A DNA stretch of 64,000 nucleotides from Rhabdothermincola salaria (lineage in GTDB: Bacteria; Actinomycetota; Acidimicrobiia; Acidimicrobiales; Acidimicrobilacustridaceae). The stretch lies in the NCBI RefSeq assembly GCF_021246445.1, contig NZ_JAJQXW010000001.1:1320168-1384167 (forward strand), given 5' to 3'. Under the pieces are notes generated by a model. The model was given only the letters and a program-made list of their open reading frames with translations, did not search any database and was not told the DNA's origin. How positions within the stretch are numbered: position 1 is the first letter of the stretch; each line of letters starts with the position of its first letter. The translations under genes and the position numbers were made by a program. Shown one piece after another: positions 10,067-19,167 of this stretch.

Positions 10067-10948
10067 TCAGCCGAGCAGGGCGGGGGCCAGACGACGCCAC
10101 TCGTCCATGGGGATGGCCGTGGGCTCGGCCGGCAGGACCTGGACGCAGACGTGGTCGGCACCGGCGGCGTGGTGGGCCGCCACCCGTTCGGCGATGGCGG
10201 CTTCGTCGCCCCAGGCCACGATGGCGTCGACCAGGGCGTCGCTGCCCCCGTCGGCGAAGTCGTCGTCGGTCCAGCCGAACCGCTTCAGGTTGTTGGTGTA
10301 GTTCGGCAGGGTGAGGTACATCGACATGTGGCCCCGGGCGATCTCGCGGGCCTTGGCGGGGTCCGTCTCCAGCACCGCCGCCTGCTCCGGGTAGAGCTTG
10401 GCGTCGGGACCCATCTGCTCGCGGGCGAAGGCCGTGTGCTCCACCGGGATGAAGTAGGGGTGGGCCCCGTCGGTGCGCTCGGCGGCTAGGGCGAGCATCC
10501 TGGGACCGAGCGCGGCGAGGACCCGGTGGGTGTCGGTGGTGGGCGGCGAAGCGGTGAACATGCCGTTGTCCATGGCCTCGAGGTAGGCCTGCATCGCCGA
10601 GAACGGGCGCGAGTAGTCGTGGCCCCGGAGGCCCTCCACCATCACCTGATGGCTCACCCCGAGCCCCATGAGGAAGCGATCGGGGAAGGCCTCGGTGATG
10701 GTGTGCAGCGCCGAGTTGGCGTTGAGGGCGTCGCGGGCCCAGATCGAGGCGATGCCGGTGGCGATGACGATGCGCTCGGTGCCCGAGAGCAAGAGAGTGG
10801 AGTTGACGAACGACTCCCGCCCCACCATCTCGGGGATCCAGATGGCCCCGTACCCGAGCTCCTCGATCTCGGCGGCCACCTCCTGGCTCTGCGCCGAGGG
10901 CACCTGGTCGAGCTGGTACTGCCACAGTCCTACGCGTCCGAGATCCAT
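10067..10948 (-). CDS. LLM-class (probably F420-dependent) oxidoreductase
   Basis: EELGYGAIW, ATGIASIW, GLGVSH, LAALGPRML, GADHVCVQ. Confidence 0.88.
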   Translation of the reverse strand: MDLGRVGLWQYQLDQVPSAQSQEVAAEIEELGYGAIWIPEMVGRESFVNSTLLLSGTERIVIATGIASIWARDALNANSALHTITEAFPDRFLMGLGVSHQVMVEGLRGHDYSRPFSAMQAYLEAMDNGMFTASPPTTDTHRVLAALGPRMLALAAERTDGAHPYFIPVEHTAFAREQMGPDAKLYPEQAAVLETDPAKAREIARGHMSMYLTLPNYTNNLKRFGWTDDDFADGGSDALVDAIVAWGDEAAIAERVAAHHAAGADHVCVQVLPAEPTAIPMDEWRRLAPALLG

Positions 10949-11026
10949 GCCCCGACCCTACGCAACCAGCGCCGCACCGAGGGGATGGCCCGCGACCGCG
11001 GGATCCCCGTGCCTACACTCGAGGAC

Positions 11027-11536
11027 GTGAGTCTGGCGCCCCCACCCCCACCGCCGCCGCCGGTGCGCGACGACGACCGTGCCGATGTCGACACCGCCGG
11101 CGTGGGCACCGTTGCGCCGGGTGGCGTGTCGTGGTGGAGGATCGGCGCGCTCGGTGCCACCGCCCTGGCCGGGTGCGCCTACGTGGCCCTCTACGACCCC
11201 AACAGCTCCTCGTCGCTCTACCCGGCGTGCCCCTTCTTGGCCGTCACCGGCCTCGACTGCCCGGGCTGCGGCATCACCCGGGCGCTGCACGCCCTGGTCA
11301 CCGGCAACCCCCTGCAGGCGCTCGACCACAACGCCCTGTTCGTGCTGGCGCTGCCCTTCTTGCTCTTCTGGGCCGTGCGCAGCCTCCTGTTCGGGACCCA
11401 GCCCCGGAACCGGGCTCCCACGTGGCGCTGGACGCCCACCATGACGTGGGCGGCCGTCACGCTGGTGGGCGGGTTCTGGGTGATCCGCAACCTGCCGTGG
11501 TCGCCGTTCGACTGGTTGGCGTCCGGGTTGCTCTGA
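11027..11536 (+). CDS. DUF2752-like membrane protein
   Basis: CPFLAVTGLDCPGCGITRA motif, hydrophobic helices, C-terminal IRNLP. Confidence 0.85.
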   Translation: MSLAPPPPPPPPVRDDDRADVDTAGVGTVAPGGVSWWRIGALGATALAGCAYVALYDPNSSSSLYPACPFLAVTGLDCPGCGITRALHALVTGNPLQALDHNALFVLALPFLLFWAVRSLLFGTQPRNRAPTWRWTPTMTWAAVTLVGGFWVIRNLPWSPFDWLASGLL

Positions 11537-11545
11537 GCCCACACC

Positions 11546-11590
11546 GCTCCGGCGCCGACGCTCGTGGTGCGAGCGCCGCCGAACCGGAGC
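11546..11590. terminator. Hairpin between convergent genes
   Basis: GCTCCGG...CCGGAGC outer and CGCTCG-TGGTG-CGAGCG inner stems; no U-tract. Confidence 0.45.
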
Positions 11591-11615
11591 ACCTCGGACC
11601 GAACGATGCGAGCGC

Positions 11616-12134
11616 TCAGTCGAGACGACGCAGCTCGGCCCTGTAGCGCTGGCCCTTCTTCACGTAGTCGCCGGCGGCGTAGAGGATGCCGTCGAGCTTG
11701 CCAGTGCCCTCGCGCAGCTTGGCGGGCACGCCGAGGGCCATCATCCCGGTGGGGACCTCCATGCGATCGGGCACGACTGCGTTGGAGCCGACCAGGGCCC
11801 CCGAACGCACGATGGCCTCGTGCAGCACCACCGAGCCGTTGCCGACCAGCGCGGCGTCCTCGATGGTGCACCCCTCGAGGTGGACGATGTGGCCGATCAC
11901 GCAGTCGTCGCCCACCAGGGTGGGGCGGGTGGGGATGCAGTGCACCACCGAGCCGTCCTGGATGGACGTGCGCGCCCCGATCACGATCCCCCCGTTGTCG
12001 CCCCGAAGGACCGAACAGGGCCAGATCGTGGACTCCGCGCCGATCTCGACGTCGCCGATGACGACGGCGTCGGGGTGCACGAACGCCGACGGGTGGATGC
12101 GGGGTTCGACGTCGCCGAGGGCGTAGATCGCCAT
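11616..12134 (-). CDS. Gamma-carbonic anhydrase family protein
   Basis: IHPSAFVHPDAVVIGDV, LRGD, IQDGSVVH hexapeptide repeats. Confidence 0.9.
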   Translation of the reverse strand: MAIYALGDVEPRIHPSAFVHPDAVVIGDVEIGAESTIWPCSVLRGDNGGIVIGARTSIQDGSVVHCIPTRPTLVGDDCVIGHIVHLEGCTIEDAALVGNGSVVLHEAIVRSGALVGSNAVVPDRMEVPTGMMALGVPAKLREGTGKLDGILYAAGDYVKKGQRYRAELRRLD

Positions 12135-12142
12135 TGGGCGAT

Positions 12143-12637
12143 CTAGATGGTGTAGCGGCCGTAGCCGCCACGGAAGAACAGCAGCGGCCCGCCCTCGTGG
12201 CGCACCTCGAGGTCGTGCACGGCCCCGATGACGACGTAGTGGTCGCCGGCCTCGACGACGTCGGCCACGGTGCAGTCGACGTAGGCGAGGACCCCGTCGA
12301 TGATGGGCGAACCGTTGCCCGACTTCCGCCAACCGACCTCGGCGAACTTGTCGGCGGCGCTCGACGCGAAGACCCGGCAGACGTCCTCTTGGTCCTCGGC
12401 CAGGATGTTGACGCAGAAGGCACCGGACTGCTGGATCTTGGGCCACGTGCTCGACTGCTTCCCCGGGCAGAACAGCACCTGCGGGGGCTCGAGCGACAGC
12501 GAGGCGAACGATCCGACGGCGAGGCCGACCGGCGTGTCCTCGTACATCGAGGAGATGACCGTCACCCCGGTCGGGAAGTGCCCGAGGACCTGACGGAACT
12601 TGGCCGAATCGAAGCTGGGGACGTGTTCTGGGCTCAC
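12143..12637 (-). CDS. Flavin reductase family protein
   Basis: FRQVLGHFPTGVTVI, SFASLSLEPP, AGDH. Confidence 0.92.
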   Translation of the reverse strand: MSPEHVPSFDSAKFRQVLGHFPTGVTVISSMYEDTPVGLAVGSFASLSLEPPQVLFCPGKQSSTWPKIQQSGAFCVNILAEDQEDVCRVFASSAADKFAEVGWRKSGNGSPIIDGVLAYVDCTVADVVEAGDHYVVIGAVHDLEVRHEGGPLLFFRGGYGRYTI

Positions 12638-12649
12638 AAGGAGGCGAGT

Positions 12650-13504
12650 CTAGGCCCCCACCGATGCCCGCTCGACGGAGACGGTGAGCCCCTCGGCGGC
12701 GGCGAACACCTTCGGGACCCCCCGTTCGCGCGCCCTCTCGGCTGCGGCGAGCTCCAGCAGATCGACGCTCTCGTCGTCGTGGCCGGGGTCGTGGTGGAAC
12801 AGCGCCAGCGCCCGCACGCCCGCCTCCGCCGCCACGTGCACGGCGTAGTCGACGGTGCAGTGGCCCCAGTGCGCCCGCAGGACGAACTCGTCGGGCGTGT
12901 ACTGGGCGTCGTGGATCAAGAGGTCGGCACCCTGGCACAGCGAGAGCACGGCCGGAGCGATGTGGCTGGGGTCGTCGACCGGCTGTTGGTGGTCGCTGAT
13001 GTAGACGACGGCGACGCCGTCACGCTCGATGCGGTACCCGAACGTCTCGCCGGTGTGGGGCACCAGGGCGGCGGTGACCGACGCCCCGGCGATCTGGTGG
13101 GTGCCGGCCGGGAGGGTGACGAACACGATGTCGCCGGAGAGCTCGTGGGCCCGTACCGGGAAGAACGGCGGGGCCATGAGCTGGTCGAAGGCCTCACCGA
13201 AGCTGCGGGAGCCGTCGGCCGGACCGTAGACGGTCAGCTCGGCCCCCGGCGAGAGCAGCGGAGGGCAGAAGGGCAGGCCCTGGACGTGGTCCCAGTGCAG
13301 GTGGGTGACGAGGGCGTGGGCCCGCATCATCTCGCCCTCGGCCTGGTCGAGACCGAAGAAGCGCAGACCGGTGCCCAGGTCGAGCAGGATCGGATCGGCA
13401 CCGGGAGCCCGCAGCACCACGCAGGACGTGTTGCCGCCGTACCGACGGTTCTCGTCGCACGAGCAGGGAGTGGAACCTCGGACTCCGTAGAACGTCACGT
13501 CCAA
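12650..13504 (-). CDS. MBL-fold metallo-hydrolase (GVRGS/YGGNTSC/WGH subfamily)
   Basis: FYGVRGSTP, YGGNTSC, THLHWDHVQG, HDAQY, WGH, FHHDP; TTG start with GGGGAG SD. Confidence 0.88.
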   Translation of the reverse strand: MDVTFYGVRGSTPCSCDENRRYGGNTSCVVLRAPGADPILLDLGTGLRFFGLDQAEGEMMRAHALVTHLHWDHVQGLPFCPPLLSPGAELTVYGPADGSRSFGEAFDQLMAPPFFPVRAHELSGDIVFVTLPAGTHQIAGASVTAALVPHTGETFGYRIERDGVAVVYISDHQQPVDDPSHIAPAVLSLCQGADLLIHDAQYTPDEFVLRAHWGHCTVDYAVHVAAEAGVRALALFHHDPGHDDESVDLLELAAAERARERGVPKVFAAAEGLTVSVERASVGA

Positions 13505-13570
13505 ACGAGTAACTCCCCCTCGCGAGTGCCCGGCCGAGGGTAAACCACCGTGTCGAGCGCGTGAACCCCG

Positions 13571-13586
13571 AGTGACAAGTCTCACA
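13571..13586. promoter_or_regulatory. CRP/GlxR-type binding site
   Basis: AGTGA-CAAGTC-TCACA matches 9/10 of TGTGA-N6-TCACA in a divergent intergenic region. Confidence 0.65.
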
Positions 13587-13705
13587 TCGACTCCGGGACC
13601 GGTAGCTTCGCGCACCATGCAGGGGGACACGATCCGCACCGGACGAGCCGGGGGCGCCGGCGGCCACCCCAGGGGCACCCGCGCCGGGCGCGAGAGGGAG
13701 CCAGG

Positions 13706-15184
13706 ATGAGCGACGACGCACCAGCCGCCGTCTCGGCGGAGACGACCCCGCCGGACCTGCCCGACGACGGCCTGGTGGTGGTCGTCAAGCGGGACTGCCC
13801 CACCTGCCTGCTGGTCGTCCCCGTCCTCGAGCAGTTGGCCGACGACGGGGAGCTCACCGTGCTCGTCCAGGACGACACCGAGCCCTTCGCCCATCTCCCC
13901 CGCTGCTCGGCCGACGACGACCTCGACGTCTCGTGGGCGCTGCAGGTGACCACCGTGCCGACCCTCGTGCGGCGCCAGGGCGGTCAGGAGGTGGCCCGCA
14001 CCGAGGGGTGGCTCCGCGAGGAGTGGCAGGGCCTCACCGGGCGGTCGGACCTCGGCCCGCAGCTCCCCGACTTCCGTCCGGGGTGCGGCTCGCTCAGCGA
14101 GGAGCCCGCCCGATGGGCTCGTCTCCAGGTCCGCCACGAGGGCGGCCGGCTCCGCTCCCGCCGCATCCAGATCTCCGCCCTCGACGACGAGATGGAGTCG
14201 CTGTTCGAGCGGGGCTTCACCGATGGCCTCCCCGTGGTGCCACCCACGCCCGAGCGCGTGCTGCGCATGCTCGACGCCACCTCCCGGTCGCCCGACGACC
14301 TGGTGGCCGTGGTACCACCCGACCTGGTGGAGTGCACGGTCGAGAAGGTGGCGATCAACGCGGTGATGGCGGGCTGCAAGCCCGAGTACCTCCCCGTGGT
14401 GCTGACCGCCGTCGAAGCGGCCTGCACCGACGAGTTCAACATCCACGGGGTCCTGGCCACGACCTGGTTCGCCGGGCCGCTCGTGGTCGTCAACGGCCCG
14501 ATGGCGCGAGCCATCGGCATGAACAGCGGCATCAACGCGCTCGGCCAGGGCAACCGGGCCAACGCCACCATCGGGCGAGCCCTGCAGCTGGTGATCCGCA
14601 ACGTGGGCGGCGGCCGGCCGGGCGGCATCGATCGGGCCACGCTCGGCAACCCCGGCAAGTACACCTTCTGCTTCGCCGAGGACGAGGAGGGGTCCCCCTG
14701 GGAGTCCCTGGCCACCGAACGCGGCGTCGCCGAGGACCGCTCGGCGGTCACGCTCTTCGCCGCCGAGGGCGTGCGCGGGCTCGCCGACCAGGACTCCCGC
14801 ACCCCGGAATCGCTGGCCCGCACGTTCGCCGCCTGCCTGCGCACCGTGGCCCACCCCCGGGCCCTCGTCGCCTTCGACGCCATGGTGGTCGTGAGCCCGG
14901 AGCACGGTCGGGTCTTCGCCGAGGCCGGGTGGAGCAAGGCCCGCCTGCACCGGGAGCTCGCCGAGCTGTTGATGACCGACACCGACTCCGTCCTCAAGGG
15001 CCTCGACGGCATGGCCCCGGGCCTCGACCCCTCCCTCGCCGGCCTCCGGCTGCCCAAGTTCCGCGACGGCGGGCTGCTCATCACCTACGCCGGCGGCGGG
15101 GCGGGCATGTTCAGTGCCATCATCGGCTCCTGGGCCTCTGGCGCCATCGGCAGCCAACCCGTCACCTTGGAGGTGCGTCCGTGA
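13706..15184 (+). CDS. Thioredoxin-like domain fused to the uncharacterised UGSC-associated domain
   Basis: N-terminal KRDCPTC; PGCGS; GFTDGLPVVPPT, AINAVMAGC and GNRANATIGRA; stop overlaps next start. Confidence 0.8.
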   Translation: MSDDAPAAVSAETTPPDLPDDGLVVVVKRDCPTCLLVVPVLEQLADDGELTVLVQDDTEPFAHLPRCSADDDLDVSWALQVTTVPTLVRRQGGQEVARTEGWLREEWQGLTGRSDLGPQLPDFRPGCGSLSEEPARWARLQVRHEGGRLRSRRIQISALDDEMESLFERGFTDGLPVVPPTPERVLRMLDATSRSPDDLVAVVPPDLVECTVEKVAINAVMAGCKPEYLPVVLTAVEAACTDEFNIHGVLATTWFAGPLVVVNGPMARAIGMNSGINALGQGNRANATIGRALQLVIRNVGGGRPGGIDRATLGNPGKYTFCFAEDEEGSPWESLATERGVAEDRSAVTLFAAEGVRGLADQDSRTPESLARTFAACLRTVAHPRALVAFDAMVVVSPEHGRVFAEAGWSKARLHRELAELLMTDTDSVLKGLDGMAPGLDPSLAGLRLPKFRDGGLLITYAGGGAGMFSAIIGSWASGAIGSQPVTLEVRP

Positions 15185-15714
15185 CCGACCACGAGGGACT
15201 GACCGTGCTCGACCCCACCGGCGAGCTCCGGCCCACCCCGCGGGAGCGGGCCCCGCGGGTCGCCTCCCTCGAGGGTCGCCGAGTGGGCCTGCTCGACATC
15301 ACCAAGGCACGCGGCGACGTCTTCCTCGATCGGGTCGAGGAGCACCTGGCCCGCCGGGGGGCGGTGGTGAGCCGCTACCGCAAGCCCACCTTCACCAAGC
15401 CGGCGCCCGTCGACCTGCGCCAGGAGATCGCCATGCAGTGCGAGGTGGTCATCGAGGCGCTCGCCGACTGAGGGAGCTGCACGTCGTGCAGTGTGCACGA
15501 CATCGTGGATCTCGAGAGCCGGGGCGTGGTGGGCGTGTTCGTCGCCTCCACCGAGTTCGTCGACGCCGCCGCCACCCAGTCGTCGGCCCGGGGGGCCGAC
15601 CCGGCTGCGGTCTTCGTCGCCCATCCCATCCAGGACCGCACCGACGACGAGATCCGGGCCCTGGCCGACGACGCCGTCGACGCCATCGTGGCCGCCCTCA
15701 CCACCGAGTCCTGA
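15181..15714 (+). CDS. UGSC-family selenoprotein (Sec at TGA 15469-15471; 177 aa)
   Basis: Reads EALAD-U-GSCTSCSVHD straight through the TGA; two listed ORFs are in one frame; hairpin follows. Confidence 0.85.
15480..15507 (+). promoter_or_regulatory. Putative bacterial SECIS hairpin
   Basis: GTCGTGCA-GTG-TGCACGAC perfect 8-bp stem (15483-15501); loop starts with G and is separated from the UGA by 19 nt. Confidence 0.7.
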
Positions 15715-15788
15715 CCGGCCCGGCCCTCCCGGGCCGCCCGGGCGGCGACGCGGACGCCGAGGGATCGGCGACCCGGTGTGGCTCTGCG

Positions 15789-16730
15789 CTACGACGGCAG
15801 GGTGAGACGCCCGTCGGCGGTGAAGGTCGCCAGGCGATCTCGCACCAACGACTCGGCGGCGCGGGTCGCCGAGTCGTCGGTCCACTCGTGGGACGCAGCG
15901 GAGCCGTCGGCGGGGCCGACATCGGCCTCGGTGTCGGCTCGACCGTCGCAGAGGGCCCGCCACTGCGACGGGTCGGGCCGCTGACCGGCCCGCAGGGCGT
16001 CGAGCAGGCGGGCCCGACCCTGGCGGAACGACCCCTCGAAGCGGCTCTGGGGCCGGCTGACCGCATGGGAGCCGAGCGCGGGGTCGGGGTCGGGACGGCC
16101 GGCCTGCCACCACCGGCAGGTCGACGCGACCGGGCAGCGTTCGCAGGCCGGCGACCGCTTGGTGCACACGGTGGCGCCGAGGTCGAGGAGGGCCTGGTTC
16201 CACTGCCAGCCCTCCCCTTCGGGCACCAGCTCGTCGGCGGCCGCCTGGGCCTGGCGGGCGGTGAGCGCCGTCCCGGCCGTGCGGGCCAGGATGCGACCCA
16301 CGTTGGTGTCCACCACGGCGACGTCGCGCTCGAAGGCGAAGGCCAACACTGCCCGAGCCGTGTAGGGCCCGACCCCCGGGAGAGCCAGGAGGGCGGGGAG
16401 GTCGTCGGGGAAGGTGCCGTCGTGGTCGTCGAGCACGGCGGCGGCACACCCGTGGAGGGCCACCGCCCGGCGGTTGTAGCCGAGCCCGGCCCATTCCTCG
16501 ACGACCGCGCCCGACCCGGCGGCGACGCAGCTCTCGACGTCGGGGAAGCGGTCCAGGAAGCGGCGCCAACGGGGCACCACCCGATCGACCTGGGTCTGTT
16601 GCAGCATCACCTCGCTGACCAGCACGGCCCAGGGGTCCCGGGTGCGACGCCATGGGAGGTCGCGGCGGGTGGCCTCCCACCAGCCGAGGACCTCGTGGCT
16701 CGCCTCGGCCTGCGACCGACTCCCGCTCAT
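15789..16730 (-). CDS. mutY: A/G-specific adenine glycosylase (short MutY-like)
   Basis: VSEVMLQQTQV, WAGLGYNRRA, LPGVGPYTA, VDTNV, C-X6-C-X2-C-X5-C. Confidence 0.9.
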   Translation of the reverse strand: MSGSRSQAEASHEVLGWWEATRRDLPWRRTRDPWAVLVSEVMLQQTQVDRVVPRWRRFLDRFPDVESCVAAGSGAVVEEWAGLGYNRRAVALHGCAAAVLDDHDGTFPDDLPALLALPGVGPYTARAVLAFAFERDVAVVDTNVGRILARTAGTALTARQAQAAADELVPEGEGWQWNQALLDLGATVCTKRSPACERCPVASTCRWWQAGRPDPDPALGSHAVSRPQSRFEGSFRQGRARLLDALRAGQRPDPSQWRALCDGRADTEADVGPADGSAASHEWTDDSATRAAESLVRDRLATFTADGRLTLPS

Positions 16731-16810
16731 GGCCACGAGTGTGGCCCAGACCGCCGGTCCGACGGCTCGGACCGACGGCTCGGGCCGACCGCGGCCGCTC
16801 GTCTCGGCGC

Positions 16811-17326
16811 CTACTCGTCGGCGAAGACGTCGTCGCCGTAGGGCAGGCCGCGCGCGGGGGCGAACGCCCGCTTCCAGACGATGATCTTGCGCCGGAAGAA
16901 GCAGACCTCTTCGGAGCGCTGGTTGATGCCCTTGGTCTCGACGGTGACGATCCCGCGCTCGCCGTCGGAGGTCTCCTTCTTGGCCAGCACCTTGGTGACG
17001 GCGTAGATGGTGTCGCCGTGGAACGTGGGCTTGGCGTGCTTGAGCGTCTCGACCTCGAGGTTGGCGATGGCGGCTCCGCTCACGTCGGGCACGCTCATGC
17101 CCAACACCAGCGAGTACACGAGGTTGCCGACCACCAGCGGCTTGCCCACCGGGGACTCGTTCTCCGCATACCAGTTGTTGGTGTGCGTGGGGTGGTGGTT
17201 CATGGTGATCATGCAGAAGAGGTGGTCGTCGGCCTCGGTGATGGTCTTGCCGGGCCAGTGGCGGTACACGTCGCCGACCTCGAAGTCCTCGAAGTGACGG
17301 CCGAAGGGACGATCGATCACGGTCAC
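16811..17326 (-). CDS. MaoC-family dehydratase, probable mesaconyl-CoA hydratase
   Basis: FGRHFEDFEVGDVYRHWPGKTITEADDHLFC; GAGGAG SD before GTG; context with mcd and mcl. Confidence 0.8.
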   Translation of the reverse strand: MTVIDRPFGRHFEDFEVGDVYRHWPGKTITEADDHLFCMITMNHHPTHTNNWYAENESPVGKPLVVGNLVYSLVLGMSVPDVSGAAIANLEVETLKHAKPTFHGDTIYAVTKVLAKKETSDGERGIVTVETKGINQRSEEVCFFRRKIIVWKRAFAPARGLPYGDDVFADE

Positions 17327-17400
17327 GGCAGGCTCCTCACGACAAGGCGGAGGCCGTCCGCCGCGGGAGGCGGCGAAGGCTCCGCACGATCTCGTCGTCC

Positions 17401-17419
17401 AACCTACCCCTGAGTAACC
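17401..17419. promoter_or_regulatory. Shared motif AACCTACCC-N2-GRGTAACC, copy 1 (divergent maoC/mcd promoters)
   Basis: 16/19 identical to 22025-22043; includes -10-like hexamers on both strands. Confidence 0.6.
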
Positions 17420-17426
17420 TCGGGGG

Positions 17427-19040
17427 ATGACCGTGATCGACCCGGACCTCACCGCCGCCGCAGCCGTCACCGAGACCGCCCACGGCATCGTCGAGACCTG
17501 CACCCGCCACCTGGCCGCGGCCGGCGACCCGGACGCCCACCAGGTCGTCACCTACGACCTGGCCCACGCCGCCGCTGCCGTCGAGACGGGCCGGGCCATG
17601 CTCACCTACGGGGCCAAGGGCGACCTCGAGGCCCGCATCGCCTGCGCGTTCGTGGCCGACGCGGTCGCCGAGCTGGCGCCCAAGCTCTTCGGTCGCGAGG
17701 CGCAGTGGGGCATCGAACCGGGAGCGCTCGACGGCACCCGTGACTTCGTGGCGGCCTATCGGGCCCCGGAGTTCCTGGCCGCGCTGGCCGACACCGCCGG
17801 ACCCCGCCACCTCGACAGCGACTTCGAGATGGTGCAGGACACGTTCCGGCGCTTCGCCACCGAGAAGATCGCCCCTGTCGCCGAGCACATCCATCGCGAG
17901 AACGCCGACATCCCCGAGGACCTCATCGAGGGCCTGGCCGAGATGGGTGGCTTCGGGTTGTCCGTACCGGTCGAGTACGACGGCTTCTCCGAGGGTGGCG
18001 AGAGCGAGTACATCGGCATGGTCGTGGCCACCGAGGAGCTGTCCAAGGCGTCGCTCGGGGCCGGCGGGTCGCTCATCACCCGCCCCGAGATCCTCACCCG
18101 GGCCCTGCTGGCCGGCGGCACCGAGGCCCAGAAGGCCCACTGGCTGCCCAAGCTGGCCTCCGCCGAGGTCATGGCCGCCGTCGCCGTCACCGAGCCCGAC
18201 TACGGCTCCGACGTCGCCGGCGTGAAGTGCACCGCCACCCCCACCGAGGGAGGCTGGCTGCTCAACGGGGTGAAGACCTGGTGCACGTTCGGCGCCCGCG
18301 CCGACGTGCTCATGCTGCTGGCCCGCACCAACCCCGACAAGTCCCTCACCCACAAGGGTCTGTCGATGTTCGTGGTGCCCAAGCCGCGCGGCGAGGGCCA
18401 CGGCTTCGCGTTCGCCCAGGAGGCCGGCGCCGACGGCGGGGCCCCCGGCGGCGGGAAGATGGAGGGTCGGGCCATCGACACCATCGGCTACCGGGGCATG
18501 CACTCCTACGAGATCGCCCTCGAGGACTGGTTCGTGGCGGCCGACAACCAGGTCGGCGGCGACGACGGCCTGGGCAAGGGCTTCTACTACCAGATGGCCG
18601 GCTTCGAGAACGGCCGGCTGCAGACCGCCGCCCGTGCCGTCGGGGTCATGCAGGCCGCCTACGAGGACGCCCACCAGTACGCCCTCGACCGCGTCGTCTT
18701 CGGCCAGCCCATCGCCGAGTACCAGCTCACGCGGGCCAAGCTCGGTCGCATGGTGGTGCTCATCCAGGCCGGTCGCCAGTTCGGCTACGAGGTGGCCAGG
18801 CTCATGGCCGAGGGCCGCGGCCAGCTCGAAGCGTCGATGGTGAAGGCGTACGTCTGCAAGGCCGCCGAGTGGGTCACCCGTGAGGCCATGCAGATCCACG
18901 GTGGCTTCGGCTATGCCGAGGAGTACCCGGTGAGCCGGTACTTCGTCGACGCCCGCGTGCTGTCCATCTTCGAAGGGGCCGACGAGACCCTGTGCCTCAA
19001 GGTGATCGCCCGTCGCATGATGGACAACGCCAAGAGCTGA
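17427..19040 (+). CDS. Acyl-CoA dehydrogenase, probable (2S)-methylsuccinyl-CoA dehydrogenase
   Basis: 537 aa with N-terminal extension; GSLITRPEI, TEPDYGSD, IGYRGM, IFEGA. Confidence 0.8.
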   Translation: MTVIDPDLTAAAAVTETAHGIVETCTRHLAAAGDPDAHQVVTYDLAHAAAAVETGRAMLTYGAKGDLEARIACAFVADAVAELAPKLFGREAQWGIEPGALDGTRDFVAAYRAPEFLAALADTAGPRHLDSDFEMVQDTFRRFATEKIAPVAEHIHRENADIPEDLIEGLAEMGGFGLSVPVEYDGFSEGGESEYIGMVVATEELSKASLGAGGSLITRPEILTRALLAGGTEAQKAHWLPKLASAEVMAAVAVTEPDYGSDVAGVKCTATPTEGGWLLNGVKTWCTFGARADVLMLLARTNPDKSLTHKGLSMFVVPKPRGEGHGFAFAQEAGADGGAPGGGKMEGRAIDTIGYRGMHSYEIALEDWFVAADNQVGGDDGLGKGFYYQMAGFENGRLQTAARAVGVMQAAYEDAHQYALDRVVFGQPIAEYQLTRAKLGRMVVLIQAGRQFGYEVARLMAEGRGQLEASMVKAYVCKAAEWVTREAMQIHGGFGYAEEYPVSRYFVDARVLSIFEGADETLCLKVIARRMMDNAKS

Positions 19041-19167
19041 CACCCCGGCGCGCCGCACACCCCGACCCTTCGACAGACGCGCCGGCGCTCTGCGACGCCG
19101 TGTCGGGTTCTACGAGCCCCCTGAACGGGTAGCGACTCTCGCACATCCACACCCGAGGGGCTCCACG

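Noticed and set aside
13505..15157. Apparent 835-aa version of the MBL hydrolase
   Set aside because: The extension is antisense to the thioredoxin-fusion gene; motifs begin at the TTG at 13504 with an SD
15181..15714. Pseudogene with a nonsense mutation, or two small genes
   Set aside because: The TGA falls in a UGSC motif and is followed by a SECIS-like hairpin; recoding fits better
16759..16790. CCGACGGCTCGG tandem duplication upstream of mutY
   Set aside because: Two short GC-rich copies; likely slippage with no functional evidence
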